Shown here: positions 28,447-36,765 of the stretch, piece by piece
How the letters are laid out: each line of letters starts with the position of its first letter
Position numbering within the stretch: the stretch's first letter is position 1
Source of the DNA: Candidatus Bathyarchaeota archaeon
GTDB taxonomy: Archaea > Thermoproteota > Bathyarchaeia > Bathyarchaeales > Bathycorpusculaceae
Reading direction: 5' to 3'
Length of the DNA: 64,000 nucleotides
Assembly: GCA_937873375.1 (NCBI GenBank)
Contig: CALMWK010000125.1
Coordinates: 24,870-88,869 of the forward strand
Notes under the pieces: model-generated
What the model saw: only the letters and a program-made list of their open reading frames with translations
What the model was told of the DNA's origin: nothing
The model's database searches: none
Program-made: the position numbers and the translations under genes

Positions 28447-28625
28447 TTTGTTAATTGTTCCTTTCTTTGGGCTAATCGGTATTTCATGTATTTGTCGTCA
28501 GGGGAATACTTTGCGGGGTGAGGGCTGTGGACGGGTCCGCCGCAGTGTGGGCAGGTGTCTGTTTTTAATGTGTAGTTGTTGCATTTTTCGCATTGGCGTA
28601 ATAACCAAACCAGTGTTTTTCCCTT
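28443..28625 (-). CDS. nop10: H/ACA RNP protein Nop10, with no canonical start codon
   Basis: Not in the ORF track. My translation reads KGKTLVWLLRQCEKCNNYTLKTDTCPHCGGPVHSPHPAKYSPDDKYMKYRLAQRKEQLTK. There is no ATG, GTG or TTG between the upstream in-frame TAG (28626-28628) and the first Cys. The only candidate start is CTG at 28613. Confidence 0.8.
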   Translation of the reverse strand, partial: KGKTLVWLLRQCEKCNNYTLKTDTCPHCGGPVHSPHPAKYSPDDKYMKYRLAQRKEQLTK

Positions 28626-28754
28626 CTAAAAGAGTGAGGTTTTGGAGGTGTGGAGTAAGCCTTGTTTGGTGTAGGTGCCATAGTTGGTGACGGGTTCTAT
28701 TGTGGCAATTACTAAGTCGCCGACTTCTGGCTGTTGGGGCTTGCTTTCCGCCAT
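28626..28754 (-). pseudogene. aIF2-alpha-like N-terminal (S1/OB) relic, 42 codons ending in TAG
   Basis: The ATG at 28754 lies 18 nt after the S27e stop. MAESKPQQPEVGDLVIATIEPVTNYGTYTKQGLLHTSKTSLF matches the aIF2alpha N-terminal pattern (PxxGE.V.ATV....YGAF...H.SE). It sits exactly where aIF2alpha is found in the conserved cluster. Confidence 0.6.
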
Positions 28755-28772
28755 TACTTTTGCGCTTCCCGC

Positions 28773-28970
28773 TTATTCCAAGACTGCTTGTATGTCGCCT
28801 TTTATTTTTGCTTTTCCGCCACTTGGTTCGGCGAGGACGACGCTGCACACGTTGCAGGTAACGATGTTCACTGCGTTGCTGAAGACGAGTTGTTCGTTAC
28901 CGCATTTTGGGCATTTTACCCGTAGGAAAGTGCTGCTTGGTTTGGGGACGAGTTTGTTCCATTCGCTCAT
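28773..28970 (-). CDS. rps27e: 30S ribosomal protein eS27
   Basis: MSEWNKLVPKPSSTFLRVKCPKCGNEQLVFSNAVNIVTCNVCS is a C4 zinc ribbon. The track ORF starts 30 codons too early. Confidence 0.9.
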   Translation of the reverse strand: MSEWNKLVPKPSSTFLRVKCPKCGNEQLVFSNAVNIVTCNVCSVVLAEPSGGKAKIKGDIQAVLE

Positions 28971-28993
28971 GTTTCTTTTTTCTCCTGTTAGTT

Positions 28994-29269
28994 TTATCCG
29001 ATTACTAGTTTTCGCAGGCGTATACCGTCTTTGTGTCTCATGTAGTTGCAGGTTTTGCATTTGAGGCGGAGGGTTTGTTTTTTGGTGGTTTTGGCGAATT
29101 CTTTTTGCAGAGGGAAGCCTTGTCCGCCGTAGCCTTCTTTTTCGCGTGCGTGGTGGCGTTCGCCTTTGGCTAGGGCTCTGCGTTTTCCTGCTTTGTATAG
29201 GGAGACTGCGTGAGCTTTGTGAGTTTTACATTTTGGACAGTACGTAGTTACTTCTTTGGGAACGTTCAC
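28994..29269 (-). CDS. rpl44e: 50S ribosomal protein eL44 (L44e)
   Basis: (M)NVPKEVTTYCPKCKTHKAHAVSLYKAGKRR...LKCKTCN. No in-frame ATG is nearby. The GTG at 29269 (or 29278) is the likely start. Confidence 0.85.
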   Translation of the reverse strand: MNVPKEVTTYCPKCKTHKAHAVSLYKAGKRRALAKGERHHAREKEGYGGQGFPLQKEFAKTTKKQTLRLKCKTCNYMRHKDGIRLRKLVIG

Positions 29270-29592
29270 GTTTATCACTACCAGACTCCATAATGAAAAC
29301 AAGCACCCTCTTATACTTTTTTCGCTTTTCAAGCAAAATGTACTTGCGGGTGGCATATTTTTGGGTGTGCTCTGCTGCTCTCTGCAGACTATACCCCCCT
29401 CTATAAATAGAAACAACTACCAATTAAACTACTGCTTCACTAATTCTTCACTGCCCGCAAACCTCGCGCTCTTGCGGGTACCCCCTCCCTTAGATAAAGG
29501 GACAAAATGCTGTTCTAAATATTCTAGTGTGTGCACACCTGAGAACGTTGCTTCGAAGATAAAAAATAAGAAGAAAAGAAGAGGAAGTGTTT

Positions 29593-30954
29593 TTAGCGTA
29601 GTCTCATGAGAACCATTTCTGCTGCCAGAACCATCGGGTCCCATGTCTCGTTCAGCGGCGGCGCATATGCGGTGTCTGCTTTGGCTAAGTCGCGCACGGT
29701 CATTTGTTTTTGGATGGCGAAGGATAGGGCGTTTATGCGTTGGGTGACTTCTTCTCCGCCAACTACTTGTGCGCCAACTATGCGTTGCGATTCCTTTTCC
29801 ACAACAAGCTTGACTTTTATGGGCTTCGCTGTTGGGTAGTAATCCGCTTTGGTCTTGGAGCTGATGGCGCCAACCACAACTTCAACGCGGTTCTTCGCTG
29901 CGGATGCTTCGGTTAAGCCTGTTACGCCTGCCTCTATCTCAAACAGCCTAGTGACCGCTGAAGCTAAGATGCCTGTGAACTGTGCGTAGTCGCCTGCAGC
30001 GTTTGCCCCAGCCACTTTACCCATGCGCACCGCGATGGTTCCCAACTGCGGACACATCGGCTTGTGAGTAATCAGGTTAGGACCTTCAGCGCAGTCGCCA
30101 ACCGCGTAAACATCCTTCACGTCAGTTTCCATGCGCCCATTAGTCTTTATGGCGCGTGTCTCACCGAGGGGTATGCCAGCGTCAACCGCAAGCTTCGTGT
30201 TCGCCCTCACACCGAAAGCGCTGATGAACAGGTCAGCTTCAATTTTTTCTCCGCCAGCCATAATCGCCGTAACCTTGTCTTCGCCCAAGAATTCTTCGAC
30301 GCCTTTGCCTGTGAGTATGGTCATGCCTTTTTCCTGCAGGTGCTCCTGAACCAGCTTCGCCATGTCAGCATCAAGCATCGCGGGCAAAATCTGAGGCAAC
30401 ATTTCAACTATGGTAACTTTCAAGCCCTTCTCAATTAAAGCAACGCCTACTTCAAGCCCAATCAAACCCGCACCCATGATGACAGCGGATTTGGCGCCAC
30501 TCTGGACTGCTTGGCGGATTTTTTCGCCGTCTTCGATGGAGCGGAGACTGAGGATGCCCTGCTTTTCCCTGCCTTTGATGGGCGGCATGAACGCGTCAGC
30601 ACCCGTCGCCAGCACAAGGCTGTCATACTGCAGCGTTTCAGCAACACCTGCCTTATCGACCGCCGTGACCGTTTTCTCTTTGGTGTTTACAGCCGTAACT
30701 TTTGTCTCAGTCTTCAACGTCAACTTGAGCATCTGGAAGTAAGCGGGTGGGTAAACAATCAGATTCTTGAAGTCCGCTATGTGTCCGCCTATAACGAAGG
30801 GCAACCCACAACGCGAATAACCTGAGTTCGTCTCTTGATTTATCAGGGTAATTTCAGCCGTGCGGTCCTTTTTACGCGCAGCCGAAGCAGCTTCTACACC
30901 TGAAGCGTTAGCTCCAACAACAATTATGCGCCTAACCATTACGGTTGCCTTCAT
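29593..30954 (-). CDS. Nox/CoADR-type pyridine nucleotide-disulfide oxidoreductase (NADH oxidase or CoA-disulfide reductase)
   Basis: FAD motif VVGANASG, single redox Cys context YSRCGLPFV, and a second Rossmann motif IMGAGLIGLE. Confidence 0.8.
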   Translation of the reverse strand: MKATVMVRRIIVVGANASGVEAASAARKKDRTAEITLINQETNSGYSRCGLPFVIGGHIADFKNLIVYPPAYFQMLKLTLKTETKVTAVNTKEKTVTAVDKAGVAETLQYDSLVLATGADAFMPPIKGREKQGILSLRSIEDGEKIRQAVQSGAKSAVIMGAGLIGLEVGVALIEKGLKVTIVEMLPQILPAMLDADMAKLVQEHLQEKGMTILTGKGVEEFLGEDKVTAIMAGGEKIEADLFISAFGVRANTKLAVDAGIPLGETRAIKTNGRMETDVKDVYAVGDCAEGPNLITHKPMCPQLGTIAVRMGKVAGANAAGDYAQFTGILASAVTRLFEIEAGVTGLTEASAAKNRVEVVVGAISSKTKADYYPTAKPIKVKLVVEKESQRIVGAQVVGGEEVTQRINALSFAIQKQMTVRDLAKADTAYAPPLNETWDPMVLAAEMVLMRLR

Positions 30955-31367
30955 TTAGATTGCGCTTGAGCTTTGTGCCACTCAACAGCCGCATCGAAGT
31001 CCATAAGGTTAGCAAGTTCTGCTTGCAAGTTTGCGGGTTTCACCACAAGCACCCAGCCATTCACGAAGGGAGCCTCGTTGAGCAACTCTGGCTTGGACGA
31101 AACTTCAGCGTTGACTTCCTCGATGGTTCCGCTAATCGGGGCGATGAGGTCAGAAACAGCTTTAACAGACTCCACAGTCCCATACGGATCATTCTGTTTG
31201 ACTTCGCCGCCAGCGCTCGGTAGTTCTGCGTAGACAATCTCGCGCAGGGATTTCTGGGCGTAGTCGGTTAAGCCTATGCGTACTTTGTCGCCTTCAACTT
31301 TAACCCATTCAAAATCTTTTGAGTAGTAAAGTCCTTCAGGCACATCATATCCTTCTACTTGTACCAT
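30951..31367 (-). CDS. gcvH: glycine-cleavage H-type lipoyl carrier protein
   Basis: Lipoyl-lysine motif VESVKAVSDLIAPISG and YSKDFEWV. Its stop overlaps the ATG of the downstream oxidoreductase (ATGA). Confidence 0.85.
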   Translation of the reverse strand: MVQVEGYDVPEGLYYSKDFEWVKVEGDKVRIGLTDYAQKSLREIVYAELPSAGGEVKQNDPYGTVESVKAVSDLIAPISGTIEEVNAEVSSKPELLNEAPFVNGWVLVVKPANLQAELANLMDFDAAVEWHKAQAQSK

Positions 31368-31386
31368 TTTTTGTGCACCTTTTTAC

Positions 31387-31398
31387 TAGTAAATACTC
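31387..31398 (-). promoter_or_regulatory. TATA-like 12-mer (GAGTATTTACTA on the gene strand) 20-31 nt upstream of the gcvH ATG
   Basis: An identical 12-mer lies 16-27 nt upstream of the 60540 start. The spacing implies a leaderless or near-leaderless transcript. Confidence 0.35.
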
Positions 31399-31448
31399 TG
31401 GAAGGCTTCGGCTCTTAAAAGTCTTCACGAAAAGAAGAGGAAAACGGC

Positions 31449-32534
31449 TTAGCGTTCTCGTTTGCCTGCGATGAACTCTTCGGTCCACTGTTTTGCCTGT
31501 GAATCAGGCACTTGGATGGGCGGGTGTTTGAATGCGTATGAGGACATGCTCAGCAGGGCACCAGATATTTTGCGGTCCAAAGCAATCTTGGCACAACGTA
31601 TCAAATCTATGACGACGCCTGCACTGTTCGGTGAATCTTCTACTTCGAGTTTGACGCTTATGTTTATGGGGCGGTCGCCAAATTTACGGGCTTTTAGGGA
31701 GATGTAGCAGATTTTCTTGTTCTTCAAAAACGGCACATAATCCGACGGCCCAATCCTAGTCGGCAAATCGTACGGAACCAAGCTTGTGACAGCTTCAGTT
31801 TTGCTGATGCGCTTGGATGTGAGTCTGTTTTCCACGGTCATGTTCTGAAAGTCTGTGTCTCCGCCAAGATTCAACTGGTAAGTTTCATCTACGATGACGC
31901 CTCGGTCTAGGCATAGCCGCACGAGGTTGCGGTGCAGAATTGTGGCGCCCACTTGACTTTTGATGTCGTCGCCAAGCACTGGAAGACCTGCGGCTTCAAA
32001 CTTTTTACTCCACGCCTGCGTTTTGTCTGAAGCGATGAATTCAGGCATGCAGTTTACGAAGGCGCATCCAGCGTCTATGGCAGCTTGAGCGTAAAAACGT
32101 GTGGCGTCGTGGCTTCCAACAGGCAAATAATTAACCAGAACCTGAGCTTTTGCTGCTTTGAGAACTTTCACCACGTTTGCTTGGTCATATTTGCTGTCAT
32201 CGTAAACGTTAAAGGTCTCTCGCATGTGCGGCGCCACACCATCCAAAATCGGTGCAGGAGAAACCTTCACGCCTAAGTTGGGGACTTCAGCGAATTTTTC
32301 GCAGCAGTTGGGCGCGGTGAAGATGGCTTCGGAGAGGTCTTTGCCGATTTTGTCTTTGTTAACCTCAAACGCAGCAACAAATCTTATGTCGCGTATGTGG
32401 TACCCGCCAAAGTTCACATGCATGAGCCCTGGCACGGTGGTGTCTTCTTTGGCGTTCTTGTAGTATTGTGTTCCTTGTGTGAGGGCAGATGCGCTGTTGC
32501 CCACGCCTACGAGTGCTACGCGGATTTCAGGCAA
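31449..32534 (-). CDS. myo-inositol-1-phosphate synthase (archaeal type)
   Basis: N-terminal IRVALVGVGNSASALTQG and the overall short archaeal MIPS pattern (LGGDTDF, SKRISK). Confidence 0.8.
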   Translation of the reverse strand: MPEIRVALVGVGNSASALTQGTQYYKNAKEDTTVPGLMHVNFGGYHIRDIRFVAAFEVNKDKIGKDLSEAIFTAPNCCEKFAEVPNLGVKVSPAPILDGVAPHMRETFNVYDDSKYDQANVVKVLKAAKAQVLVNYLPVGSHDATRFYAQAAIDAGCAFVNCMPEFIASDKTQAWSKKFEAAGLPVLGDDIKSQVGATILHRNLVRLCLDRGVIVDETYQLNLGGDTDFQNMTVENRLTSKRISKTEAVTSLVPYDLPTRIGPSDYVPFLKNKKICYISLKARKFGDRPINISVKLEVEDSPNSAGVVIDLIRCAKIALDRKISGALLSMSSYAFKHPPIQVPDSQAKQWTEEFIAGKRER

Positions 32535-32667
32535 TATGTTAACCTTCTGTTGCTGATGGCTTACGTTTGTCTGTGCTATAACTTTTTCCTTGTTAGAAAC
32601 TCGGCTACATACTGAATTACAGTGTTCGCAGCAGTGCTTTCCGACGATTAACGCTTGAGACAGAATA

Positions 32668-33090
32668 CTAAATGGTTCTTTTTATGGGGGCGGTGTCGAA
32701 GTCTTTGTCGTTTGAAATTATTTCTTGTGCGTCCACTCTCATTGCAACGGCTAAGTGCAATGCGTCTTCATAATCAATTTTGTAGTTGTTCATCAAGTCT
32801 GCTGCACAGGTGAAGTCTTCAGGTTTGAGGGGTTCAATTGTTAAACCTTTCATGCGCATTAAGGAGTTAACGACCATTTCCACGAAAGTTTTGTCTTTAA
32901 GGTTTTTACCTGCCAACCCCGCCATTATCACTAAAGTCTCGTATACTGTCAAGCTTGAAGTAACATACTCCTTACGTGTGGTCTTTTCAATTTTCTGCAC
33001 CCATTCGTATGCGGTTTCACCGAATTTCGGATGCTTGCCCAGCCAGTACACGAATATGTTGACATCTACGTACCGCGGTGGCTCCACCAT
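32668..33090 (-). CDS. vapC: PIN-domain toxin VapC
   Basis: YVDVNIFVYWL N-terminal acidic site and C-terminal ISNDKDFD. Overlaps the upstream antitoxin gene. Confidence 0.8.
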   Translation of the reverse strand: MVEPPRYVDVNIFVYWLGKHPKFGETAYEWVQKIEKTTRKEYVTSSLTVYETLVIMAGLAGKNLKDKTFVEMVVNSLMRMKGLTIEPLKPEDFTCAADLMNNYKIDYEDALHLAVAMRVDAQEIISNDKDFDTAPIKRTI

Positions 33091-33317
33091 TTCTGCATTA
33101 CCTCCCCAATGAACTCATCCATGTCCTCGGGCCATTTGTCAACTTTGAAGGCGCCATAGTACTTGTCAGCTACGGGTTCAGCAGGTTCAATGATTATGGT
33201 TTTTCCTCTTGCTTTGATGTTGACGTAGCTTCCTCCTTTGAGCTTGGCGGCTTCTCTAATGCGCTTTGGAATTCTGACGCGCCCTTTATCATCTAATTTC
33301 GCAGTGGTCTCACTCAT
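33066..33317 (-). CDS. vapB: AbrB/SpoVT-family antitoxin VapB
   Basis: MSETTAKLDDKGRVRIPKRIREAAKL swapped-hairpin motif. The track start at 33464 is too far upstream. Confidence 0.75.
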   Translation of the reverse strand: MSETTAKLDDKGRVRIPKRIREAAKLKGGSYVNIKARGKTIIIEPAEPVADKYYGAFKVDKWPEDMDEFIGEVMQKWWSHRGT

Positions 33318-33439
33318 CGCTTTTCCCACTTTAGATAGAGTGCCCCACACATTTAACTTTTTTCCCACAATTTCGAAGTGCCCCACCAATAGGTAACTCT
33401 CTTGCAGAACAGCGGTAAAGATTTTGTTAGGAGTGACAC

Positions 33440-33862
33440 ATGGCAAAGTTAAAAGGGAGCACACTCCAAATTAGCCTAGAAGGCGATGAGTGTATGAGCA
33501 AAAGCGACGTATCCATAAAATATGAACCTTTCAAAGAAATCGTCATCATGGAACAAACCCGCTTCCCAACACCCGACGACATGGCACGGTTCACCTCCGT
33601 CATCGCAGGCGGCAAACTGGCAGGCTTGTACTGGGCTGAAGGCGTAGTTTTCCTGTATTTCCCCCTGCCCCCGTCAAACGCGGCGGTTGCCCGGATGCTT
33701 ATAGAGAGTGGCAAGGTCTTCTGGACCTTCGTAGGCTACGCGCTCATGCCAAAATATGAAACCACCATAGAGACAAAAGAGAGGATGATTGTTCCAGTCA
33801 TCGACATATCCGCTAATGATATGCTACGAAAAGTTGCCCAGTGGCTCAAAGAACAAAAATAG
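33440..33862 (+). CDS. conserved-looking hypothetical protein
   Basis: 140-aa ORF immediately upstream of ribK (an alternative start is MSKSD at 33494). No family recognised. Confidence 0.45.
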   Translation: MAKLKGSTLQISLEGDECMSKSDVSIKYEPFKEIVIMEQTRFPTPDDMARFTSVIAGGKLAGLYWAEGVVFLYFPLPPSNAAVARMLIESGKVFWTFVGYALMPKYETTIETKERMIVPVIDISANDMLRKVAQWLKEQK

Positions 33863-33872
33863 TGCCCACGGC

Positions 33873-34259
33873 ATGTCAAACACCCTGACGCTGGACGGCA
33901 AAATCATTTCTGGCCAAGGCAACGGCAAAAAATACCTCGCGCTCCCGTGGGTCAAGCAGCAAATTGAGGAAAAACTTGGCTTCACCCCGTATTTGGGAAC
34001 TTTGAACCTGAAGCTTTCAGGTGAAAGCGTAAAACACAGAAAACTTTTAGAGACAACAGGCGCGAAGATTCGGCCTGCTGAAGGCTACTGCATCGGATTA
34101 CTTTTCAGGGCAGCCATAGGCGAAACAGAATGCAGCATCGTCATACCCCAAATTGAGGATTACCCAAAAAATCTCTTAGAAATCATCGCCGCTGTGGATT
34201 TGCGCGAGTTTCTCCACCTCAACGATGGAGACGCAGTCGCAGTCACCGTATACTTTTAG
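33873..34259 (+). CDS. ribK: CTP-dependent riboflavin kinase (archaeal RibK)
   Basis: GKIISGQGNGKKYLALPWVKQQIEEKLGFTPYLGTLNL matches the MJ0056-type RibK pattern. The true start is the MSNTL methionine. Confidence 0.8.
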   Translation: MSNTLTLDGKIISGQGNGKKYLALPWVKQQIEEKLGFTPYLGTLNLKLSGESVKHRKLLETTGAKIRPAEGYCIGLLFRAAIGETECSIVIPQIEDYPKNLLEIIAAVDLREFLHLNDGDAVAVTVYF

Positions 34260-34265
34260 GTACAG

Positions 34266-35762
34266 CTACGCTTTACGTGTATTGCGCAGGAAATCTTCAA
34301 TATACTGCTCCAAACAGCCGTTCTTCTGCAAATACGCCCCATAAGCAACAAGGGCTCTCATGGACCGCGCGGCATCTTCAGGAGAAGAATACGAGGGGAT
34401 GCCTAACTTGTCGAATCTGCTACGGGTGTACAGCGCCATTTCCGTTTCGCCGATGTCACACATAACTATAGGCTTACGATATTTCTTGGAAATTTCCACA
34501 ACGCCGTCTATGTACCTTTCACGCAACCCAGGCATGTGATGCAGCCCCAGCAGGATTATGCCGCAGATATCTTTGTCTTGGAACATGATGTCCGCAGCGA
34601 TTTCAAACATTTCATCAGTAACTGAACCCGTAAGATCCACAGGGTTAGAGGTGGCAGCGATTTTGAGTATGGTGCCTTGTTCTTTGAGTTTCTGGAACTT
34701 TTGGCTGGTTTCTTCAGAAAAATGCTCCACAGTAAGCCCTTGAATTTCACACTCATCCACAGTCATGACCCCAGGTCCACCAGCGTCCGTGAGTATGCCA
34801 ATGTTCTTTCCCAAGGCAGGCGGCTGCATCGCTAAGGCTTTGCCTACGTCGAAGAACTCTTCCATGTCTCGGGCTCTTATTACCCCTGCCTGCTCGAACG
34901 CGGCATCGTAGATTTTGTCGGACCCCGCAATGGCGCCCGTGTGCGAGGCTGCTGCTCTGGCGCCTGCTGAGCTTTTGCCCGATTTTATTACGACAACGGG
35001 TTTTTTCATGGTTACTTTTCGGGTTATTTTGACGAATTCTCGCCCGTATTTGATGTCTTCTAGATAGGCGAGAATAACTTTGGTTTCTTTGTCATGCAGA
35101 AGATAGTGTATGATGTCTGATTCGGTCACGTCGCATTTGTTGCCGAAGCTGACGAATTTGCTGATGCCCATTTGGCGTCCAGTCAAGTAGTCCAAGGCTG
35201 CAACGCCGAAGGCGCCACTTTGCGTAATCATAGCTATATTTCCAGCCAAAGGTCGGGGCGTAGCAACAACCTCGTCGCCTGTGGTGAGAACTTTGGTTTC
35301 TGGAAGAAATAGTGTATCAACGCCTGTTTTCGCGTAGAAAACGCCTAGGCAGTTGGGTCCAAGCAGACGGATGTTGCCTTGTTTGGCTATGTTCACCACT
35401 TGTTCTTCAAGCTCAGAGTTTCCCACTTCTCGGAAGCCAGAGCTAATTATAATGGCGGTTTTGACCTTTTTTGCGACGGCTTCCTGCATGATTTCGGGCA
35501 CGATCTTTGCTGGAACAATAATCACTATAAGGTCTACTGGTTCAGGGATGCCCGTTATGGAATGGTAACATTTGAAGCCTAAAATGGAGTCTTCATTCGG
35601 GTTAACTGGGTACAGTTCACCTTTGAAAACGCGGCGCATCTTGTTGGCAGCAAAGTTCTTGAAGATAACGTGCCCTGCCTTGTCTACTTTTTTGGTGGCA
35701 CCTATAACCGCGACAGAGCGCGGATTGAAGAACACGTCTAACTTCTTTATGTTTGCTTCCAT
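34266..35762 (-). CDS. ADP-forming acetyl-CoA synthetase, alpha (CoA-binding/ligase-CoA) subunit
   Basis: FFNPRSVAVIGATKK, LGPNCLGV and catalytic His region ASHTGAIAGS. Confidence 0.85.
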   Translation of the reverse strand: MEANIKKLDVFFNPRSVAVIGATKKVDKAGHVIFKNFAANKMRRVFKGELYPVNPNEDSILGFKCYHSITGIPEPVDLIVIIVPAKIVPEIMQEAVAKKVKTAIIISSGFREVGNSELEEQVVNIAKQGNIRLLGPNCLGVFYAKTGVDTLFLPETKVLTTGDEVVATPRPLAGNIAMITQSGAFGVAALDYLTGRQMGISKFVSFGNKCDVTESDIIHYLLHDKETKVILAYLEDIKYGREFVKITRKVTMKKPVVVIKSGKSSAGARAAASHTGAIAGSDKIYDAAFEQAGVIRARDMEEFFDVGKALAMQPPALGKNIGILTDAGGPGVMTVDECEIQGLTVEHFSEETSQKFQKLKEQGTILKIAATSNPVDLTGSVTDEMFEIAADIMFQDKDICGIILLGLHHMPGLRERYIDGVVEISKKYRKPIVMCDIGETEMALYTRSRFDKLGIPSYSSPEDAARSMRALVAYGAYLQKNGCLEQYIEDFLRNTRKA

Positions 35763-35856
35763 AGTCTATAACCCCTGCGTTTTCGGTTAGAATTAATCTA
35801 CTATATTTTATGTTTTACTGTTTAAAAAACCCCTATAATAACGCTGTGCAGTAATT

Positions 35857-36732
35857 CTAACGATTACGTTGTGTTTGTGTTTCTCCGAAAACATGTGCCC
35901 TTCGCACAATAACTACGGGTTTATGTTTGACTTGGGCAAGCATGCTCCAGCTTACTTCGGTTGTGGAAACTTTGAAGCGCGCAGCCATATCCCACACCGT
36001 AGCACCTGACCCTGGACCTCTTGCCCTGTCTGCAATGTTGGCAATTGTTAAAGCTGCCTCGGCAGCCAGTTGGCTTCCAGCAACCGCAAGCGGAGTAGGT
36101 CTCCGTCGAAGGTTAAACAGTTTACCCAACACGTATGATATGACTCCTCCATGGGAACGGATGCCCTTCAGGGGTTTGGGTCGGGGCGTGAAATGAAAAT
36201 TCCGAAAACTATAGGTTTTGTCCGTGTCCACAATCAACACCGTAACCTTCTTGCCTATCCTGTTCTGGATGTGCAGGCGAATTTGCTCAGCGACTGCTTG
36301 CGCGTTACTCAAAGGCAAGCTCATGTAAGAGTAGGGCAAGTTTGACCCGTCTATGCCGCCTTCGGAGCCAAACATCAAAGCCTGCAACAACCCCGCATAC
36401 TGTAAGGAGGCTTGTTTGTGGCGGCTTCCCGCTTCAACAGGGTACTCTCTGAGCCTACGCAAAAGCCTCTGCCCGAAATGACAAAGCACCCCCAGAAAAT
36501 ACCCCCACACATAGTGCATCCAAAACGTGGCGAGGAACTTTGCGTTGGCGCTGGGGCTGAAGTTGTTTTCGTCGATTATGTTGTTGCGTGCGGTTGAAAT
36601 TGCCTTCTCGGAAACCACCACGAAATCGCCGTCTTTAACCCTGTTTTTCGCTGCGTAAACGATTTCGTTTAGGTAGTCTGTTTGGGGTTTCCAGTATTTT
36701 GTGGTTACCGCCAACGCGTAGTACTTGGTCAT
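35857..36732 (-). CDS. F420-0:gamma-glutamyl ligase (CofE)-like protein
   Basis: GDFVVVSEKAIS and SEGGIDGSN resemble CofE-family motifs. The assignment is tentative. Confidence 0.5.
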   Translation of the reverse strand: MTKYYALAVTTKYWKPQTDYLNEIVYAAKNRVKDGDFVVVSEKAISTARNNIIDENNFSPSANAKFLATFWMHYVWGYFLGVLCHFGQRLLRRLREYPVEAGSRHKQASLQYAGLLQALMFGSEGGIDGSNLPYSYMSLPLSNAQAVAEQIRLHIQNRIGKKVTVLIVDTDKTYSFRNFHFTPRPKPLKGIRSHGGVISYVLGKLFNLRRRPTPLAVAGSQLAAEAALTIANIADRARGPGSGATVWDMAARFKVSTTEVSWSMLAQVKHKPVVIVRRAHVFGETQTQRNR

Positions 36733-36765
36733 TGACTGTATGTTCTGGTGAAGGCGCTTTTTTGT

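Noticed and set aside
28626-28628. In-frame TAG as pyrrolysine, or a genome-wide stop-codon reassignment
   Set aside because: TAG terminates at least four ordinary genes in this window (ending at 6554, 17588, 34259 and 53704), and no pyl genes are seen here. Local readthrough remains possible and is kept in the main finding.
28498-28848. 116-aa highly basic ORF (MQRRPRRTKWRKSKNKRRH...) overlapping S27e, the aIF2alpha relic and Nop10
   Set aside because: It is in the wrong frame. The alternative frame gives clear S27e and Nop10 sequences, and the Arg/Lys/Thr-rich product has no protein-like pattern.
29380-29500. Possible fourth, degenerate copy of the repeat family (ataccccc ctctataaatagaaac ... 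gggtaccccctccc), plus a 7-bp stem hairpin cccgcaa/ttgcggg at 29454-29478
   Set aside because: Only short pyrimidine-rich words are shared, and they are in a different order from copies A to C. The similarity is not distinguishable from chance by eye. The hairpin may simply be a terminator for the upstream oxidoreductase gene.
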